A stretch of 64,000 bases of DNA from Candidatus Methanosuratincola verstraetei (GCA_049570475.1 CP186953.1:1-64000); one strand, 5' to 3'; positions 38,059-49,324 are shown, counted from the first letter of the stretch. Numbers and translations: made by a program. Notes: generated by a model not told the origin, from the sequence alone.

Positions 38059-39708
38059 TCACTTCAGGACCGCGCCTGTGGAGGCTGAAGTCACCATCCG
38101 GCTGTACCTGTAGAACGCCCCCTTCTTGTATTTCGGCTCAGGCGGCACCCACTTCGAGAGCCTTGACCTGATCTCCTCGTCGCTCAGATCCACCTCGAGG
38201 AGCCTCTTCTCCACGTCAATCCTCACCAGGTCCCCGTCCCTGACGGCTGCAATTGGACCGCCCTCGGCAGCCTCCGGGGAGACGTGCCCAATCATCATGC
38301 CATGAGTCGCGCCAGAGAACCTGCCGTCCGTTATCATCGCAACCTTCTCGCCGATGCCCATGCCCACGAGCATGGATGTGAGCTGGAGCATCTCCCTCAT
38401 CCCAGGGCCGCCCTTTGGCCCTTCATACCTTATGATGACTGCGGTCCCCTCGGCGATCTTGCCTTCCGTTGCCGCGGCGATGCCGTCCTCCTCCCTGTCG
38501 AATACCAATGCCCTCCCCTCGAACTTCAGCCTCTTCAGCCCTGCGGTCTTTATGACCGCCCCGTCGGGCGCCAGGTTCCCCCTCAGCACAGCCAGTGTCC
38601 CAGTCGGCCTTATGGGGTCAAGCGCAGGCCTGATCGTGCCCCCGATGACGGATGCCCGCTCGACGCTCTTGCCTATGCTCTCACCTGTCACGGTGAGCGG
38701 CTTCGGATCGATTAGCCCCAACTGAGAGAGCTGCTTCATCAGCGCCATCACGCCGCCGGCCCTGTCGAGATCCTCCATCGGCACGTCCCCGGCAGGCATC
38801 ATGCTCACGAGCTGCGGAGTCCTCCTGCTTATCTCGTCGAATGTCTCGAGCTTCAGAGGCACCCCGGCTTCGTGCGCGATCGCCATCAGGTGGAGTATCG
38901 CGTTCGTGGAGCCGCCCATCGAGACGTCGACCGTGATGGCATTCCGCAATGATGCTTCGGTCACTATCTTCGTTGGCGTTATCCCTGCCTTCATGAGATC
39001 CATTATCTTCATCCCGGCATGCTTAGCCAGCCTCAGCCTCCTTGCGTCGACAGCAGGGACGGTGCCGCTGCCCGGCAGCGATAGCCCCATCGCCTCGATG
39101 AGACATGCGAGCGTATTTGCAGTATACATCCCGGCGCATGACCCTGGGCCAGGGCAGGAGTACTCCTCTATCTCCTTGAGCTCCTCCTCACTCATCTTGC
39201 CGTTGAGGTACGCCCCTATGCTCTCGAAGGTCATGTCGAGAGACAGGCGCTTCCCCTTGTGCACGCCGCATAGCATCGGCCCCCCGGTAACGAAAATGGA
39301 AGGGACATCGACCCTGAGCGCTGCCATCACCATCCCAGGCTCAATCTTGTCGCAGCTGCAGACGAAGACAAGCCCGTCGAAGGAGTACGCATTCGCGACC
39401 ACCTCGACCGAGTCCGCAACGATCTCCCGGCTGACTAGAGGGCTCCGCATCCCCTCGTGCCCCATCGCTATCCCGTCGCATATGCCTATCGTGTTGAACT
39501 CGAGGGGCGTGCCGCCAGCCATCCTGACGCCGGCCTTCACAGCCTCGGCAATCCTGTTCAGGTGGACGTGGCCCGGTATGATTTCGTTCCACGAGTTGAC
39601 TATCCCAATTATCGGGCGAGATATCTCCTCGTCTATCAGCCCGAGGGCCTTGAAGAGTGCCCTGTGCGGCGCCTTCTGGATGCCTTTCTTGACGACGTCC
39701 GAGCGCAT
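38059..39708 (-). CDS. ilvD: dihydroxy-acid dehydratase
   Basis: CDGIAMGHEGM, CDKIEPG, GGSTN, YEGPKGGPGMREM, TDGRFSG. Confidence 0.97.
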   Translation of the reverse strand: MRSDVVKKGIQKAPHRALFKALGLIDEEISRPIIGIVNSWNEIIPGHVHLNRIAEAVKAGVRMAGGTPLEFNTIGICDGIAMGHEGMRSPLVSREIVADSVEVVANAYSFDGLVFVCSCDKIEPGMVMAALRVDVPSIFVTGGPMLCGVHKGKRLSLDMTFESIGAYLNGKMSEEELKEIEEYSCPGPGSCAGMYTANTLACLIEAMGLSLPGSGTVPAVDARRLRLAKHAGMKIMDLMKAGITPTKIVTEASLRNAITVDVSMGGSTNAILHLMAIAHEAGVPLKLETFDEISRRTPQLVSMMPAGDVPMEDLDRAGGVMALMKQLSQLGLIDPKPLTVTGESIGKSVERASVIGGTIRPALDPIRPTGTLAVLRGNLAPDGAVIKTAGLKRLKFEGRALVFDREEDGIAAATEGKIAEGTAVIIRYEGPKGGPGMREMLQLTSMLVGMGIGEKVAMITDGRFSGATHGMMIGHVSPEAAEGGPIAAVRDGDLVRIDVEKRLLEVDLSDEEIRSRLSKWVPPEPKYKKGAFYRYSRMVTSASTGAVLK

Positions 39709-39773
39709 AGATACCACAGAGTCCATTTGAAAAGAATCGATATATAACACTTTGACCAACGGGCTAAACAAAT

Positions 39774-40646
39774 GTGGGGGGCTTCTCCACGGACCTCTAC
39801 CTGATGGCTCTGCTAATCCTCCTCTTCGGCGTATTCGCGGGCAGCCTAGGCGCAATGCTCGGCCTCGGCGGCGGGGTGCTGATGATCATCTTCCTCCTGC
39901 TCGCGCTGAACCTCCCTGCGCACCAAGCGGTCGCGCTGAGCCTTATAGCGGTCATAGCAAGCTCAAGCATGGCAGGCAGCGTCTACATAAAGGACAAGAT
40001 GACGAATTTGAGGCTGGCGATGGTCCTAGAGGCATTCACGGTGACGGGCGCGGTAGCAGGGGCATACCTCGCGATAGGGATGCCCGTCTGGGTAATACAG
40101 GCCCTGCTGGGGTGCGTGCTTTTTTACACCTCGATCACAATGTTCAGGGAGAGGAAGGTTGACCCGGACGGCTCCGAGACTGCGCCCCGAGAAGGGGCGG
40201 GCGGGAGGGGGTCGGTCCTGGATGGTAGCTTCTATGACGAGCAGTCATCTGCGACTGTGAGCTATGGTGTGAAGAACCTCAAGCTGGGCTCGGTCACAAG
40301 TTTCATCGCAGGCGCCGTCTCCGGGATGGTCGGCATAGGGGGCGGTGTGATAAAGGTGCCGGTAATGAACCTTGTGATGAAGATACCAATCAAGGCTGCC
40401 GCTGCGACGAGCAACTTCATGGTAGGCGTGACTGCCGCAGCCAGCGCTGTGATTTACTTTGAGAGCGGCCTTGTCGACCTGAAGCTGGCAGCCCCGACAA
40501 TAATGGGCATCATGATAGGGGCTTACATTGGCACCAGGCTCCTAGCAAAGTCGAGATCCGCAGTGGTAAGGAAGGTCCTGGCAGTGGTCCTCTCGTTCTT
40601 CGGCGCAGTCCTGATTCTTAAGGCTGGGGGGATCCTGGCTTGGTGA
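39774..40646 (+). CDS. TauE/SafE sulfite exporter family
   Basis: GLGGG and GIGGG repeats, AAATSNF. Confidence 0.9.
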   Translation: MGGFSTDLYLMALLILLFGVFAGSLGAMLGLGGGVLMIIFLLLALNLPAHQAVALSLIAVIASSSMAGSVYIKDKMTNLRLAMVLEAFTVTGAVAGAYLAIGMPVWVIQALLGCVLFYTSITMFRERKVDPDGSETAPREGAGGRGSVLDGSFYDEQSSATVSYGVKNLKLGSVTSFIAGAVSGMVGIGGGVIKVPVMNLVMKIPIKAAAATSNFMVGVTAAASAVIYFESGLVDLKLAAPTIMGIMIGAYIGTRLLAKSRSAVVRKVLAVVLSFFGAVLILKAGGILAW

Positions 40647-40894
40647 CCGTGGAGGAGCTGATCTCGTGGGTCCTCAGGATAGGGGTGCTCAGCGGAGTCG
40701 CCATAACGGCCCTGGGGTTCTTCTTATCCGCGGATCTCGCCTGGGCAGGCGTCCTCATCCTGATACTTACCCCCTTCATGCGCGTGCTGATGGCAGGGGT
40801 ATACTTCCTTGCCCGCAAGGAGTACCCTTTCTTCTTCCTTGCTGCATATGTGATAATGATGCTTGTGATAGGGAGTTTTTTGCGGATAAGTTAA
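40640..40894 (+). CDS. DUF1634 membrane protein
   Basis: ISWVLRIGV...LILTPFMRV; usual TauE partner. Confidence 0.8.
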   Translation: MVTVEELISWVLRIGVLSGVAITALGFFLSADLAWAGVLILILTPFMRVLMAGVYFLARKEYPFFFLAAYVIMMLVIGSFLRIS

Positions 40895-41008
40895 TCACGC
40901 AAGCCATCAAGTCACATCATTGCGAAGCCCGCACCCTTCACCCGTTGCTCTGCAGAACGACAACAGGATTTTTAAGAGGAGAGGGCTGATAGACAATTGG
41001 TGTCTTGT

Positions 41009-42106
41009 ATGGTTAAGACGACGTTGAGCGTGCTCAAGGCGGATGTTGGCTCTCTTGCGGGGCACCATGTCGTGCACCCGATGCAGCTGAAGGCTGCCCA
41101 GGATGCCATGAAAGAGGCTAAAGACTCTGGGCTGATAAGCGACTTCCATGTCACAAACTGCGGTGATGACATCGAGCTGATCATCACTCACAAGAAGGGG
41201 GAGGACAACCCCGAGATACACAACCTGGCGTGGGAGACCTTCAAGAAGGCGGCAAAGGTCGCTGAAGATTTGGGGCTCTACGCCGCGGGGCAGGACCTCC
41301 TCTGCGAAGCGTTCTCCGGGAACCTGAAAGGCTTGGGCCCGGGATACGCCGAGATGGAGTTCGAGGAGAGGAAGAGCGAGCCCGTAGTCGTGTTCATGGC
41401 AGACAAGACCGAACCGGGGGCATTCAACCTCCCGCTCTACAAGGTCTTCGCCGACCCGTTCTCAACAGCCGGGCTTGTGATCGACCCGACGATGCACGAC
41501 GGGTTTAATTTCCAAGTCTTGGACGTGCTGGACGGCACCTCCTTCGAGCTGAAGACCCCTGAGGAGTCCTACGACCTCCTTGCGCTCATCGGGACCACGG
41601 GGAGGTACATCCTAAAGAAGATCAGCAAGAAGGACGGGACTGTTGCTTCCAAAGTGAGCATCACGAGGCTTTGCCTCATAGCCGGCAGGTATGTCGGGAA
41701 GGACGACCCCGTCGCGATAGTCAGGGCGCAGCACGGCCTCCCGGCGGTCGGGGAGATCCTGGAGCCCTTTGCGTTCCCGCACCTAGTCGCGGGATGGATG
41801 CGCGGATCCCACTACGGCCCAATCATGCCCGTGGCGCAGAGGAACGCCCGGTGCACAAGGTTCGACGGCCCGCCGAGGCTCATAGCGCTGGGCTTCCAGA
41901 TCAAGAACGGCAGGCTGACAGGCCCATCCGATCTCTTCGATGACCCTGCATTCGACATGACCAGGGCAAAGGCATGCGAGATAGCCGATTACATGAGGAG
42001 GCACGGCCCGTTCATGCCAGAGCGGCTTGGGCCGGAGGAGATGGAATACACCACGATGCCCCAGGTGCTTGAAAAGCTCAAGTCGAGGGGCAAGAAGGAG
42101 GAGTAG
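41009..42106 (+). CDS. fbp: bifunctional fructose-1,6-bisphosphate aldolase/phosphatase
   Basis: KADVGS, GDD, YAAGQDLL, DKTEPG, YVGKDDP, GWMRGSH. Confidence 0.96.
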   Translation: MVKTTLSVLKADVGSLAGHHVVHPMQLKAAQDAMKEAKDSGLISDFHVTNCGDDIELIITHKKGEDNPEIHNLAWETFKKAAKVAEDLGLYAAGQDLLCEAFSGNLKGLGPGYAEMEFEERKSEPVVVFMADKTEPGAFNLPLYKVFADPFSTAGLVIDPTMHDGFNFQVLDVLDGTSFELKTPEESYDLLALIGTTGRYILKKISKKDGTVASKVSITRLCLIAGRYVGKDDPVAIVRAQHGLPAVGEILEPFAFPHLVAGWMRGSHYGPIMPVAQRNARCTRFDGPPRLIALGFQIKNGRLTGPSDLFDDPAFDMTRAKACEIADYMRRHGPFMPERLGPEEMEYTTMPQVLEKLKSRGKKEE

Positions 42107-42138
42107 CGCAGCGCGGCGCTGCTCCGATTGGAAGACCG

Positions 42139-42423
42139 GTGGCTGGCTTGCGGGTCAAGGTCTCTTACCTTTCCATCCTCAGGGACGCGACAGGCGTGAA
42201 GGAGGAGGAGATCCAGCTGGAGGAGGGCTCGACAGTCGAGGACCTCATTGGCTTCCTGATCGAGAAATACGGTGAGAAGGTGAGGCGCCTGCTCACCGAC
42301 TCAGAGATCGAGCAAGGGATCATGATAACGCTGGACGGCGTCCTCCTCTCGAAGGCAGACATGAAGAATCCGATCTCCGACGGATCGGAGGTGCTTATCG
42401 GCCTCCCGCCCTTCGGGGGCTAG
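42139..42423 (+). CDS. MoaD/ThiS ubiquitin-like protein
   Basis: Beta-grasp pattern ending PPFGG. Confidence 0.85.
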   Translation: MAGLRVKVSYLSILRDATGVKEEEIQLEEGSTVEDLIGFLIEKYGEKVRRLLTDSEIEQGIMITLDGVLLSKADMKNPISDGSEVLIGLPPFGG

Positions 42424-42461
42424 CCTTAACCGATCCGCAGCCAGAAGAGCAATATATTGTA

Positions 42462-44090
42462 ATGGTGAACAAAATGGAACTCGAAACAGACGTTTTGGTG
42501 ATAGGCGGGGGGCTCGCAGGGCTTTGCGCGGCGATCTCCTCAGCATCAGACCTCTCAAGGACGGCAATAGTCACAAAGACGCTGGTCGGCGGGGCGAACA
42601 CGACCTCCATGGCTGCGGGCATACTCTCAGCCGTGACTGCGTTCGGCGACCCGGGGGACAGCACGGATCTGCATTTCCAGGACACGCTTCGAGGGGGGTG
42701 CATGATCAACGACAAGAAGCTTGCCAGGACAATGGCCAATGACATCTCGAAGTACTTCTCGCGCCTCGTCGAGCTTGGGGTGGAGTTTGAGGAGGAGAAC
42801 GGGGAGATCAAGGCGTACCCAATACCAGGACACTCCAAGCCCAGGTCGTATTACATGAAGGGGAAGGCGACCGCCCTCCAAAAAGTCCTTCGGTCGACGG
42901 CAGAGGGGCTTGGCGTCAAATTCCTCGAGAGGACCATGGTCACAAGGATCGTGAAAGATGGAAAACGGGCGGTCGGAGCCATAGGCGCAAAGACCGACAC
43001 CGGCGAGCCCGTCGTGATGAAGGCCAAATCGATCGTGGTTGCCACGGGCGGATCAGGAGAGATCTACTCGAAGACCCTGATGCCTGCAGGGTCGTCTGGC
43101 TACGGGTGCAGCCTGGCGTTCAGGGCAGGGGCCGAGCTGGTGGACATGGAGTTTGTCCAGTTCTACCCCATGATGGTCGCCCAGGAAGGGCTCCCCAAGC
43201 TCTTCATAGAGTATTCCCAGCTCCTAAGGAACGGCGGGGACGTCCTGGACGAGGAAGGGAACTCGATCTTCAAGAAGAACGGAATAAGCGAGCCGTGGAA
43301 GATGACGAGGGACGCCTTCTCGATACTCATAGCCAAGGAGATGCTCTCCGGCGGCAGGGAGAGGAAGGTCTTCCTGGACTGCAGGGGCATCAAGGACAGC
43401 GATCTGGAAGGCAACCCTGCCTTGAGGGCAGCCGTAAAGGATCTTGAGTCAAGGAGAGTCCCGCTCAGGACAGAGAAGGTCTCGATCTCGCCTTATGCCC
43501 ACTTCATGATGGGCGGGATAAAAACGGACGCAAACGGGGCCACGTCAGTGGAGGGGCTATTTGCCGCTGGCGAGTCGGTCGGCGGCCCTCACGGGGCGAA
43601 CAGGATCGGCGGAAACGCATTCGCCGCTGCCATAGCATTCGGGTTCAGGTCCGGAATGGCTGCTTCGATGCATGCGAGCACGGTCGACAAGGGCGATCCC
43701 GGCGCGTTCAAAGCAGATCCTGAGTTTCCCTACCAAGGCTCATACGGAGAGGGCAAAGTGCTTGCAAAGGATGCGATCAGCACAATCAGGGAGACGATGT
43801 GGAAGGATGTCGGGATCATAAGGAACGCAACGGGGCTTCAGGAGGCATTGGCTACATTCAACCGGATCAGGGAGGATGGCATACGCACCGAAAATAGCTT
43901 GGAACTGACGCTCGTCCAGATGATGCTCGACATGGCGGAAGTGACTGCAATGGCTGCATCGCTCAGGGAGGAGAGCCGGGGGGCGCATTACAGGGCTGAT
44001 TTCCCGAAAGAAGACGAAAAATGGATGAAGCGCATTGTTATCGCGCTCAAGGAAGGCAACTGCGAAGTGGCTTACATCCCTGTCGAATGA
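42462..44090 (+). CDS. fumarate reductase/succinate dehydrogenase/L-aspartate oxidase-type flavoprotein
   Basis: GGGLAG, DMEFVQFYP, HFMMGG, HGANRIGGN, ESRGAHYR. Confidence 0.85.
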   Translation: MVNKMELETDVLVIGGGLAGLCAAISSASDLSRTAIVTKTLVGGANTTSMAAGILSAVTAFGDPGDSTDLHFQDTLRGGCMINDKKLARTMANDISKYFSRLVELGVEFEEENGEIKAYPIPGHSKPRSYYMKGKATALQKVLRSTAEGLGVKFLERTMVTRIVKDGKRAVGAIGAKTDTGEPVVMKAKSIVVATGGSGEIYSKTLMPAGSSGYGCSLAFRAGAELVDMEFVQFYPMMVAQEGLPKLFIEYSQLLRNGGDVLDEEGNSIFKKNGISEPWKMTRDAFSILIAKEMLSGGRERKVFLDCRGIKDSDLEGNPALRAAVKDLESRRVPLRTEKVSISPYAHFMMGGIKTDANGATSVEGLFAAGESVGGPHGANRIGGNAFAAAIAFGFRSGMAASMHASTVDKGDPGAFKADPEFPYQGSYGEGKVLAKDAISTIRETMWKDVGIIRNATGLQEALATFNRIREDGIRTENSLELTLVQMMLDMAEVTAMAASLREESRGAHYRADFPKEDEKWMKRIVIALKEGNCEVAYIPVE

Positions 44091-44248
44091 AACGCTAAAA
44101 CAAAATCCATTTTTTCTTTTTCCAGCCAACTTTAGAGATTTTACGCGGGCATTTGTTTTTTGCAATAATTTTAGCTCCAAATATCGAATCGCTTAAATAT
44201 CCCCCGCCTGAATCACTCCATAAACATCAGAAACAAGGGGGAAAATTC

Positions 44249-46309
44249 ATGAGTGAGATATGGACACCACTTATGGTCGGACTCAACATAGAGACCATGC
44301 TCCCGCTAGTGGCAGGCGTGGTCGCGCTGCTCTACGCAGGGTACCTTGCGATGAGCGTGATCAGGGAGGACGAGGGCACTGACGAAATGAAGAGGATTGC
44401 TAAAGCAATCCGGGAAGGCGGCAACGCTTACCTCAACCGCCAGTACAAAACGGTCGCAATCTTCGCCGCCGTGATCGCAGTTGTCCTGGTGCTGGCCATC
44501 AACTGGCAGACTGCGCTCGGCTTCGCGGTCGGCGCGACGCTCTCAGCCTTCTGCGGTTACGTGGGCATGAAGATGACGACTGCTGGGAACGTCAGGACGG
44601 CGAACAAGGCGAAGCAGGGTTTGCAGGCAGCCCTCTCGCTGGCATTCAAAGGCGGTGCAGTCTCCGGATTCACGATCGTCGGGCTCGCGCTGCTGGGGCT
44701 TACGTCATTCTACATCCTCTTCAGCGACGCTAACCTTCTCGTGGGATTCGGTTTCGGCGCATGCCTCATAAGCCTCTTCGCGAGGGTCGGCGGCGGAATC
44801 TACACTAAAGCGGCAGACGTAGGTGCAGACCTGGTCGGCAAGGTCGAGGCAGGGATACCCGAAGACGACCCGCGCAACCCAGCCGTTATCGCTGACAACG
44901 TGGGCGACGCAGTGGGCGACTGCGCCGGCATGGGAGCTGACTTGTTTGAGACCTATGTTGTGACCGCGCTGGCCGCGATGCTTTTGGCTTCATCGCCAGC
45001 AGTCCTCGCGAAATTCGGGGCGAGCGGAATCGCCCTGCCGCTGGTGATCGGCGCCATGGCAATCTTCGCCACGGTGATAGGGACTTTCTTCGTGAGGCTC
45101 GGCAAGGAAGGGAAGATAATGAACGCCCTTTACAAGGGGCTTGCTGCCACGACCGTCGTCTCGGCGGTCGCCTTCTACATCGTCACTTACTACTTCATGG
45201 GAGGGGATCTCGGCGTCTACGTATGCTCCATAGTCGGGCTCGTTGTGATGGTATGCATGGTGGTTATAACAGACTACTTCACATCGTATTCGCACAAGCC
45301 AGTGCTCTTCGTCTCTGAAGCCTCCAAGACCGGCGCGGGCACCAACCTCATAGCAGGGCTTGGGATGGGCATGCGGAGCACATTCCTCCCTGTAATCGTC
45401 ATCGTTGCAGGCATACTGGCCTCTTACTTCATCGCCGGCGGCGCATCTTCTCCAGAGCTTGGAGTCTATGGCATAGCAATCGCTGCAGCGGCTATGCTGT
45501 CCACAACCGGCATGATAGTCTCGATCGATGCCTACGGACCGATAACGGACAATGCAGGAGGGATCGCAGAGATGGCAAACCTCCCGAAGGAAGTCCGAGA
45601 CGTGACGGATCCGCTCGATGCGGTCGGGAACACAACGAAGGCTGTGACCAAAGGATACGCGATCGGTTCTGCCGCGCTAGCAGCCCTCTCGCTGTTTGCG
45701 GCATACAAGGATGAGATCGTCAAGAGGGTTGGATCTGTGGTGCTTTCGATAGAGGATCCGTTTGTGCTTGCTGGTCTCCTGTTGGGCGCTGCAATACCTT
45801 TCCTATTCGCATCGATGCTGATGACTGCTGTCGGGAGGGCAGCATTCCAGATTGTCGAGGAGGTCAGGAGGCAGTTCCGCGAGATCAAGGGCATCATGGA
45901 AGGGACCGCTAAGCCGGACTACGGCAGGGCGGTCGACATAGTGACCAAGGCTGCGCTCAAGGAACTGGCTGCGCCCGCGCTCATTGCGATACTCTCGCCC
46001 CTGCTGGTCGGGTTCCTGCTCAACGAGAGGGCTCTCGGAGGGATGCTCATGGGAGTGATCCTGTCTGGGGTGCTTCTCGCGCTGCTCATGACCACAGGGG
46101 GAGCTATGTGGGACAATGCAAAGAAGTACATCGAGCTCGGCAACTTCGGCGGCAAGAAGAGCCCGGCCCATGCTGCTGCGGTAGTCGGGGACACGGTCGG
46201 AGACCCATTCAAGGACACTGCAGGCCCTGCGATCAACCCGCTCATCAAAGTGATGAACACGATCTCGATACTCTTCATTGCCTTAATCCTTATGTACTCT
46301 CTCCTCTAA
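44249..46309 (+). CDS. hppA: membrane pyrophosphatase, predicted K+-independent H+-PPase
   Basis: [29 protein letters not shown]; Lys in GNTTK. Confidence 0.95.
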   Translation: MSEIWTPLMVGLNIETMLPLVAGVVALLYAGYLAMSVIREDEGTDEMKRIAKAIREGGNAYLNRQYKTVAIFAAVIAVVLVLAINWQTALGFAVGATLSAFCGYVGMKMTTAGNVRTANKAKQGLQAALSLAFKGGAVSGFTIVGLALLGLTSFYILFSDANLLVGFGFGACLISLFARVGGGIYTKAADVGADLVGKVEAGIPEDDPRNPAVIADNVGDAVGDCAGMGADLFETYVVTALAAMLLASSPAVLAKFGASGIALPLVIGAMAIFATVIGTFFVRLGKEGKIMNALYKGLAATTVVSAVAFYIVTYYFMGGDLGVYVCSIVGLVVMVCMVVITDYFTSYSHKPVLFVSEASKTGAGTNLIAGLGMGMRSTFLPVIVIVAGILASYFIAGGASSPELGVYGIAIAAAAMLSTTGMIVSIDAYGPITDNAGGIAEMANLPKEVRDVTDPLDAVGNTTKAVTKGYAIGSAALAALSLFAAYKDEIVKRVGSVVLSIEDPFVLAGLLLGAAIPFLFASMLMTAVGRAAFQIVEEVRRQFREIKGIMEGTAKPDYGRAVDIVTKAALKELAAPALIAILSPLLVGFLLNERALGGMLMGVILSGVLLALLMTTGGAMWDNAKKYIELGNFGGKKSPAHAAAVVGDTVGDPFKDTAGPAINPLIKVMNTISILFIALILMYSLL

Positions 46310-46331
46310 TCTTTTTTTACAGGTGGGCTTT

Positions 46332-46502
46332 TTGCCAGAGAGGACTTTTCTGATCAGGGTAAAGGAGGACACTTACATCAGCCTGCTGGAGCTGCAGAAG
46401 ACGCTGAGGTTCCAGGACAGCCAAGACAGGCGCAGGAAGACAATGGACTATGTGATCAGGTACTTGCTCAAGAGCGAGGCAGAGTCGAGAAGGCGGATCT
46501 AA
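46332..46502 (+). CDS. small ribbon-helix-helix-like protein (56 aa)
   Basis: TTG start with AGGTGG SD; MPERTFLIRVKEDTYISLLELQK...KTMDYVIRYLL; below the ORF-track cutoff. Confidence 0.65.
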   Translation: MPERTFLIRVKEDTYISLLELQKTLRFQDSQDRRRKTMDYVIRYLLKSEAESRRRI

Positions 46503-46720
46503 GCCCATCCACACCCTGTTTTGTTGGGCATTTTCAGGAACTTCATGCAAATAATGGCAGAACGCGGCTTGAATCGAAAACCGCCGTCTCTAATTGGATA
46601 TTGTATGGGAAATGCCTCAGATACCCTAGGGGCCCTCATCTTTCCCATCGGTTTGCATGACTATCTTCATCGGCAAAAGAGATATTATCCGAAGGCGTGT
46701 ATCAACTTTTCGATGCGAAT

Positions 46721-47578
46721 ATGCCCGATCAAGACGAGCACGTTATTGAAGCGATAGGCAGGTCACGCATTGTGATCAGGGACGGGCTGGTGATCGAGGT
46801 TGGGCCGCCCATGATCAGGGAATGCCCGCTCGCGAAGAAGTTCTCCACCCCAGTAGACATAATCACCCCAGAGAAGGTCCGCAAAAACATAGAGGGCAGG
46901 ATCAGATCGTATGGAATGTGCACCGGGGACCGTTTGCTCGAGTCATCGCAGGACTTTGTCACCTTTGGCGCATCCGAAATGATAAGCCAAGGGCTAAGGT
47001 CGAAGGTCTTGGGCGCAGCTGTGATAGTCTGCGAGGGTGCAGGGACAGTCATAACACTGAATCCGGACTTGGTCCAAGGGATAGGCGGGAGGATGTCCGG
47101 ACTGGTTTCGACTTCGCCCATCCCAAGGCTCATCGAAAGGATAGAGGCAATTGGCGGGGCTGTCCTTGATCGCGAGACCGCAAGGATCGACCAGGTGGAG
47201 GGGACTGATCTCGCGTACCGAAAGGGATACTCGGATGTTGCGGTCACTATAACCGACCCCGCAGATGGTGAGAGGATAAGGGCAAAGCATCCAGACGCGC
47301 TCATATTCGGAGTCCACCTGACGGGGATCGGGAAGGATGATGCCTTCAGGATGGTCGAGGTTGCGGACTTGGTGTCGGGTTGCGCATCCAAGTGGATCAG
47401 GGAGGCGGCTGCCGAGAAGGCGCTGATTCAGGCGGGTTCAGCAGTCCCAGTTTTCGCGTTCACGGAGAGGGGGAAATGCCTAGTCCTGGAGAAGGTGAAG
47501 GCGAGCAGGCAAAAGTTCCTTATCAAGGTCGAGAAGATCCCGTATGCGGCAGAGAAGTGCCCGGATCCGCTTGTTTGA
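46721..47578 (+). CDS. methanogenesis marker protein 8 (DUF2099)
   Basis: DEHVIEAIG, CPL, FGASE, CEGAGTV, VQGIGGRMSGL, HLTG, CASK. Confidence 0.88.
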   Translation: MPDQDEHVIEAIGRSRIVIRDGLVIEVGPPMIRECPLAKKFSTPVDIITPEKVRKNIEGRIRSYGMCTGDRLLESSQDFVTFGASEMISQGLRSKVLGAAVIVCEGAGTVITLNPDLVQGIGGRMSGLVSTSPIPRLIERIEAIGGAVLDRETARIDQVEGTDLAYRKGYSDVAVTITDPADGERIRAKHPDALIFGVHLTGIGKDDAFRMVEVADLVSGCASKWIREAAAEKALIQAGSAVPVFAFTERGKCLVLEKVKASRQKFLIKVEKIPYAAEKCPDPLV

Positions 47579-48373
47579 TCACCTGATCACGAACTCGCAA
47601 TATGGGTCTCCTAGCTTCATGCACTTCACTTCAGTACCCCTGCATGCCTTGTCGAATACCTTGCTGACCAGCCCAACGAAGAACCCAAGCAGGAAGCGGT
47701 TCTCGTAGTCGAGCAGCTCCCATGTTATGAGCTCCTCGAAGTTCTCTGTCGCCCTTATGACCACCACTTTCCCGAACTCATCGCACTCTGCAAGTTCGAA
47801 CTTCCCCCAGCCCAGCGCCTGGAGCACTGCGAGCCCAATCTTGATGCGGTGCCTGTCGCTCAGACCCTTTATCTCAAGTAGGGTCTTCCCGTGCGCCTCC
47901 CCGAAGTCGTTGCCCATGTTCCAGAGCATCAGCATTGCGTCGCCCTTGTATCTCCTGATCATCCCCATAACGAGGTTCTTCCAGCCCGAAGTTGTCATCG
48001 CAGCCACCTGCATAGGGCGACCGGAGATGTTCAGTATCACCGGGTAACCGTTCACGTTGTAGATCAGCCCGGGGACGCCAGAATCGGCGCACTCGAGGTA
48101 AACTAGCCGCGACCCAAATTTTTCTTTTATATTTTTTATCATTTCCTCTTTCAATTCAGGGGCATCTGTAAGGTCCAAAGTTATGAAGTTATGAACAGTG
48201 TCTTCGCTTCTATGAGAAGATATGCTTAAAAAACAAATTTTGTTTTCATTTAATATCCTCAGGAGTTCTAGAGTAGGATCAAAGTCAGGCATAGTTATTT
48301 TAGCGGCTATGTACAGTCCACAAAATTGTTTTTCCGGTTCATAGTATATGTCGTTGATATGGACGGGCATCAT
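47579..48373 (-). CDS. ACT-like plus V4R domain protein
   Basis: LGWG and EVKCMKLGDPYCEF V4R motifs. Confidence 0.82.
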   Translation of the reverse strand: MMPVHINDIYYEPEKQFCGLYIAAKITMPDFDPTLELLRILNENKICFLSISSHRSEDTVHNFITLDLTDAPELKEEMIKNIKEKFGSRLVYLECADSGVPGLIYNVNGYPVILNISGRPMQVAAMTTSGWKNLVMGMIRRYKGDAMLMLWNMGNDFGEAHGKTLLEIKGLSDRHRIKIGLAVLQALGWGKFELAECDEFGKVVVIRATENFEELITWELLDYENRFLLGFFVGLVSKVFDKACRGTEVKCMKLGDPYCEFVIR

Positions 48374-48520
48374 AAGTTTGCACGCACATATTCAATTATT
48401 ACCTTCTGCAGGGATATTTTTTAAGGCTTGGGATTTTTTTCGCATTTAAGCTGTTTGAAAATCCAATAATGAAAAATAACCAATTTTTGCCTAATCTAGG
48501 CGATTTTCGAAATTAATTTA

Positions 48521-49324
48521 TTACTTTTTGCCTGAAAAAACCCATCCATCACCAGTCCTTGCCGCTTTTTGCGCGCCAGCCAACTTTCGCATAATTGATC
48601 TGATCTGGTGCTGGCTTACATTGATCCTTTCGCTCATCTCGGCCGAAGTAAGGGGTCGGTCGCAGTTAGAAAGCATCTCTGTCACTGTTCTCTCCAGGTA
48701 CTCGAGCCTCGACGGCCTTGACAAGTCGCCTCTCGCTGGGTATTGGATGCCTGGCAGGCCATATATGCCCTCGCCCTTCACAGTCCTTGCTAGCAGGCGC
48801 ACGGCGCCGCCCCTCGCAAGGGACCTTAGCTGGGCGGTCACCGTCCTGGCATCGAACGAAAGGCGGAGCTCAGAGACCAGCTCCTCAGGAGTGAGCCACT
48901 TTTCCCGGAGCAGTTCGACTATGGCAGACCTGCACTCCGAAGCCACCCTCCTGCTCCTATTCTTCAGGATAGTCTCAACAAAGCGAGAGTTGACCTCGCC
49001 TATATCAGCCCCACTAGAGGCCATGCTCAGACCATCGTGGTCGCCTTCAAGTACGACGTATATTCCGAAAGAGGTTGCCAACCGCGCTTCATCCACCCCG
49101 ATCCGTCTCCTGGGGGATACGAGTATGGACCTGGCGTCGAGCCTCTGTCGTATGTCAGAGAGCTTTACAATCTCCTCGTAAAAAGCACCCTTCCGGGCGC
49201 TGGTGAGCATGTCCGCCACGACGGGTGGCGGCCCAGGTTCATAGAATGCCACTATCCAGGGGAGCGTGGCGTTGACTTTGCTTATCTGCGATCCCCCAAC
49301 CAGTGCTTGGAACGTCAAGACCAT
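48521..49324 (-). CDS. restriction-endonuclease-like domain plus two winged-helix domains
   Basis: KLSDI...ILVSP...LATSFGIYVV; LTPEELVSEL...LRSLARGG and LTSAEMSERI...MRKL HTHs. Confidence 0.6.
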   Translation of the reverse strand: MVLTFQALVGGSQISKVNATLPWIVAFYEPGPPPVVADMLTSARKGAFYEEIVKLSDIRQRLDARSILVSPRRRIGVDEARLATSFGIYVVLEGDHDGLSMASSGADIGEVNSRFVETILKNRSRRVASECRSAIVELLREKWLTPEELVSELRLSFDARTVTAQLRSLARGGAVRLLARTVKGEGIYGLPGIQYPARGDLSRPSRLEYLERTVTEMLSNCDRPLTSAEMSERINVSQHQIRSIMRKLAGAQKAARTGDGWVFSGKK

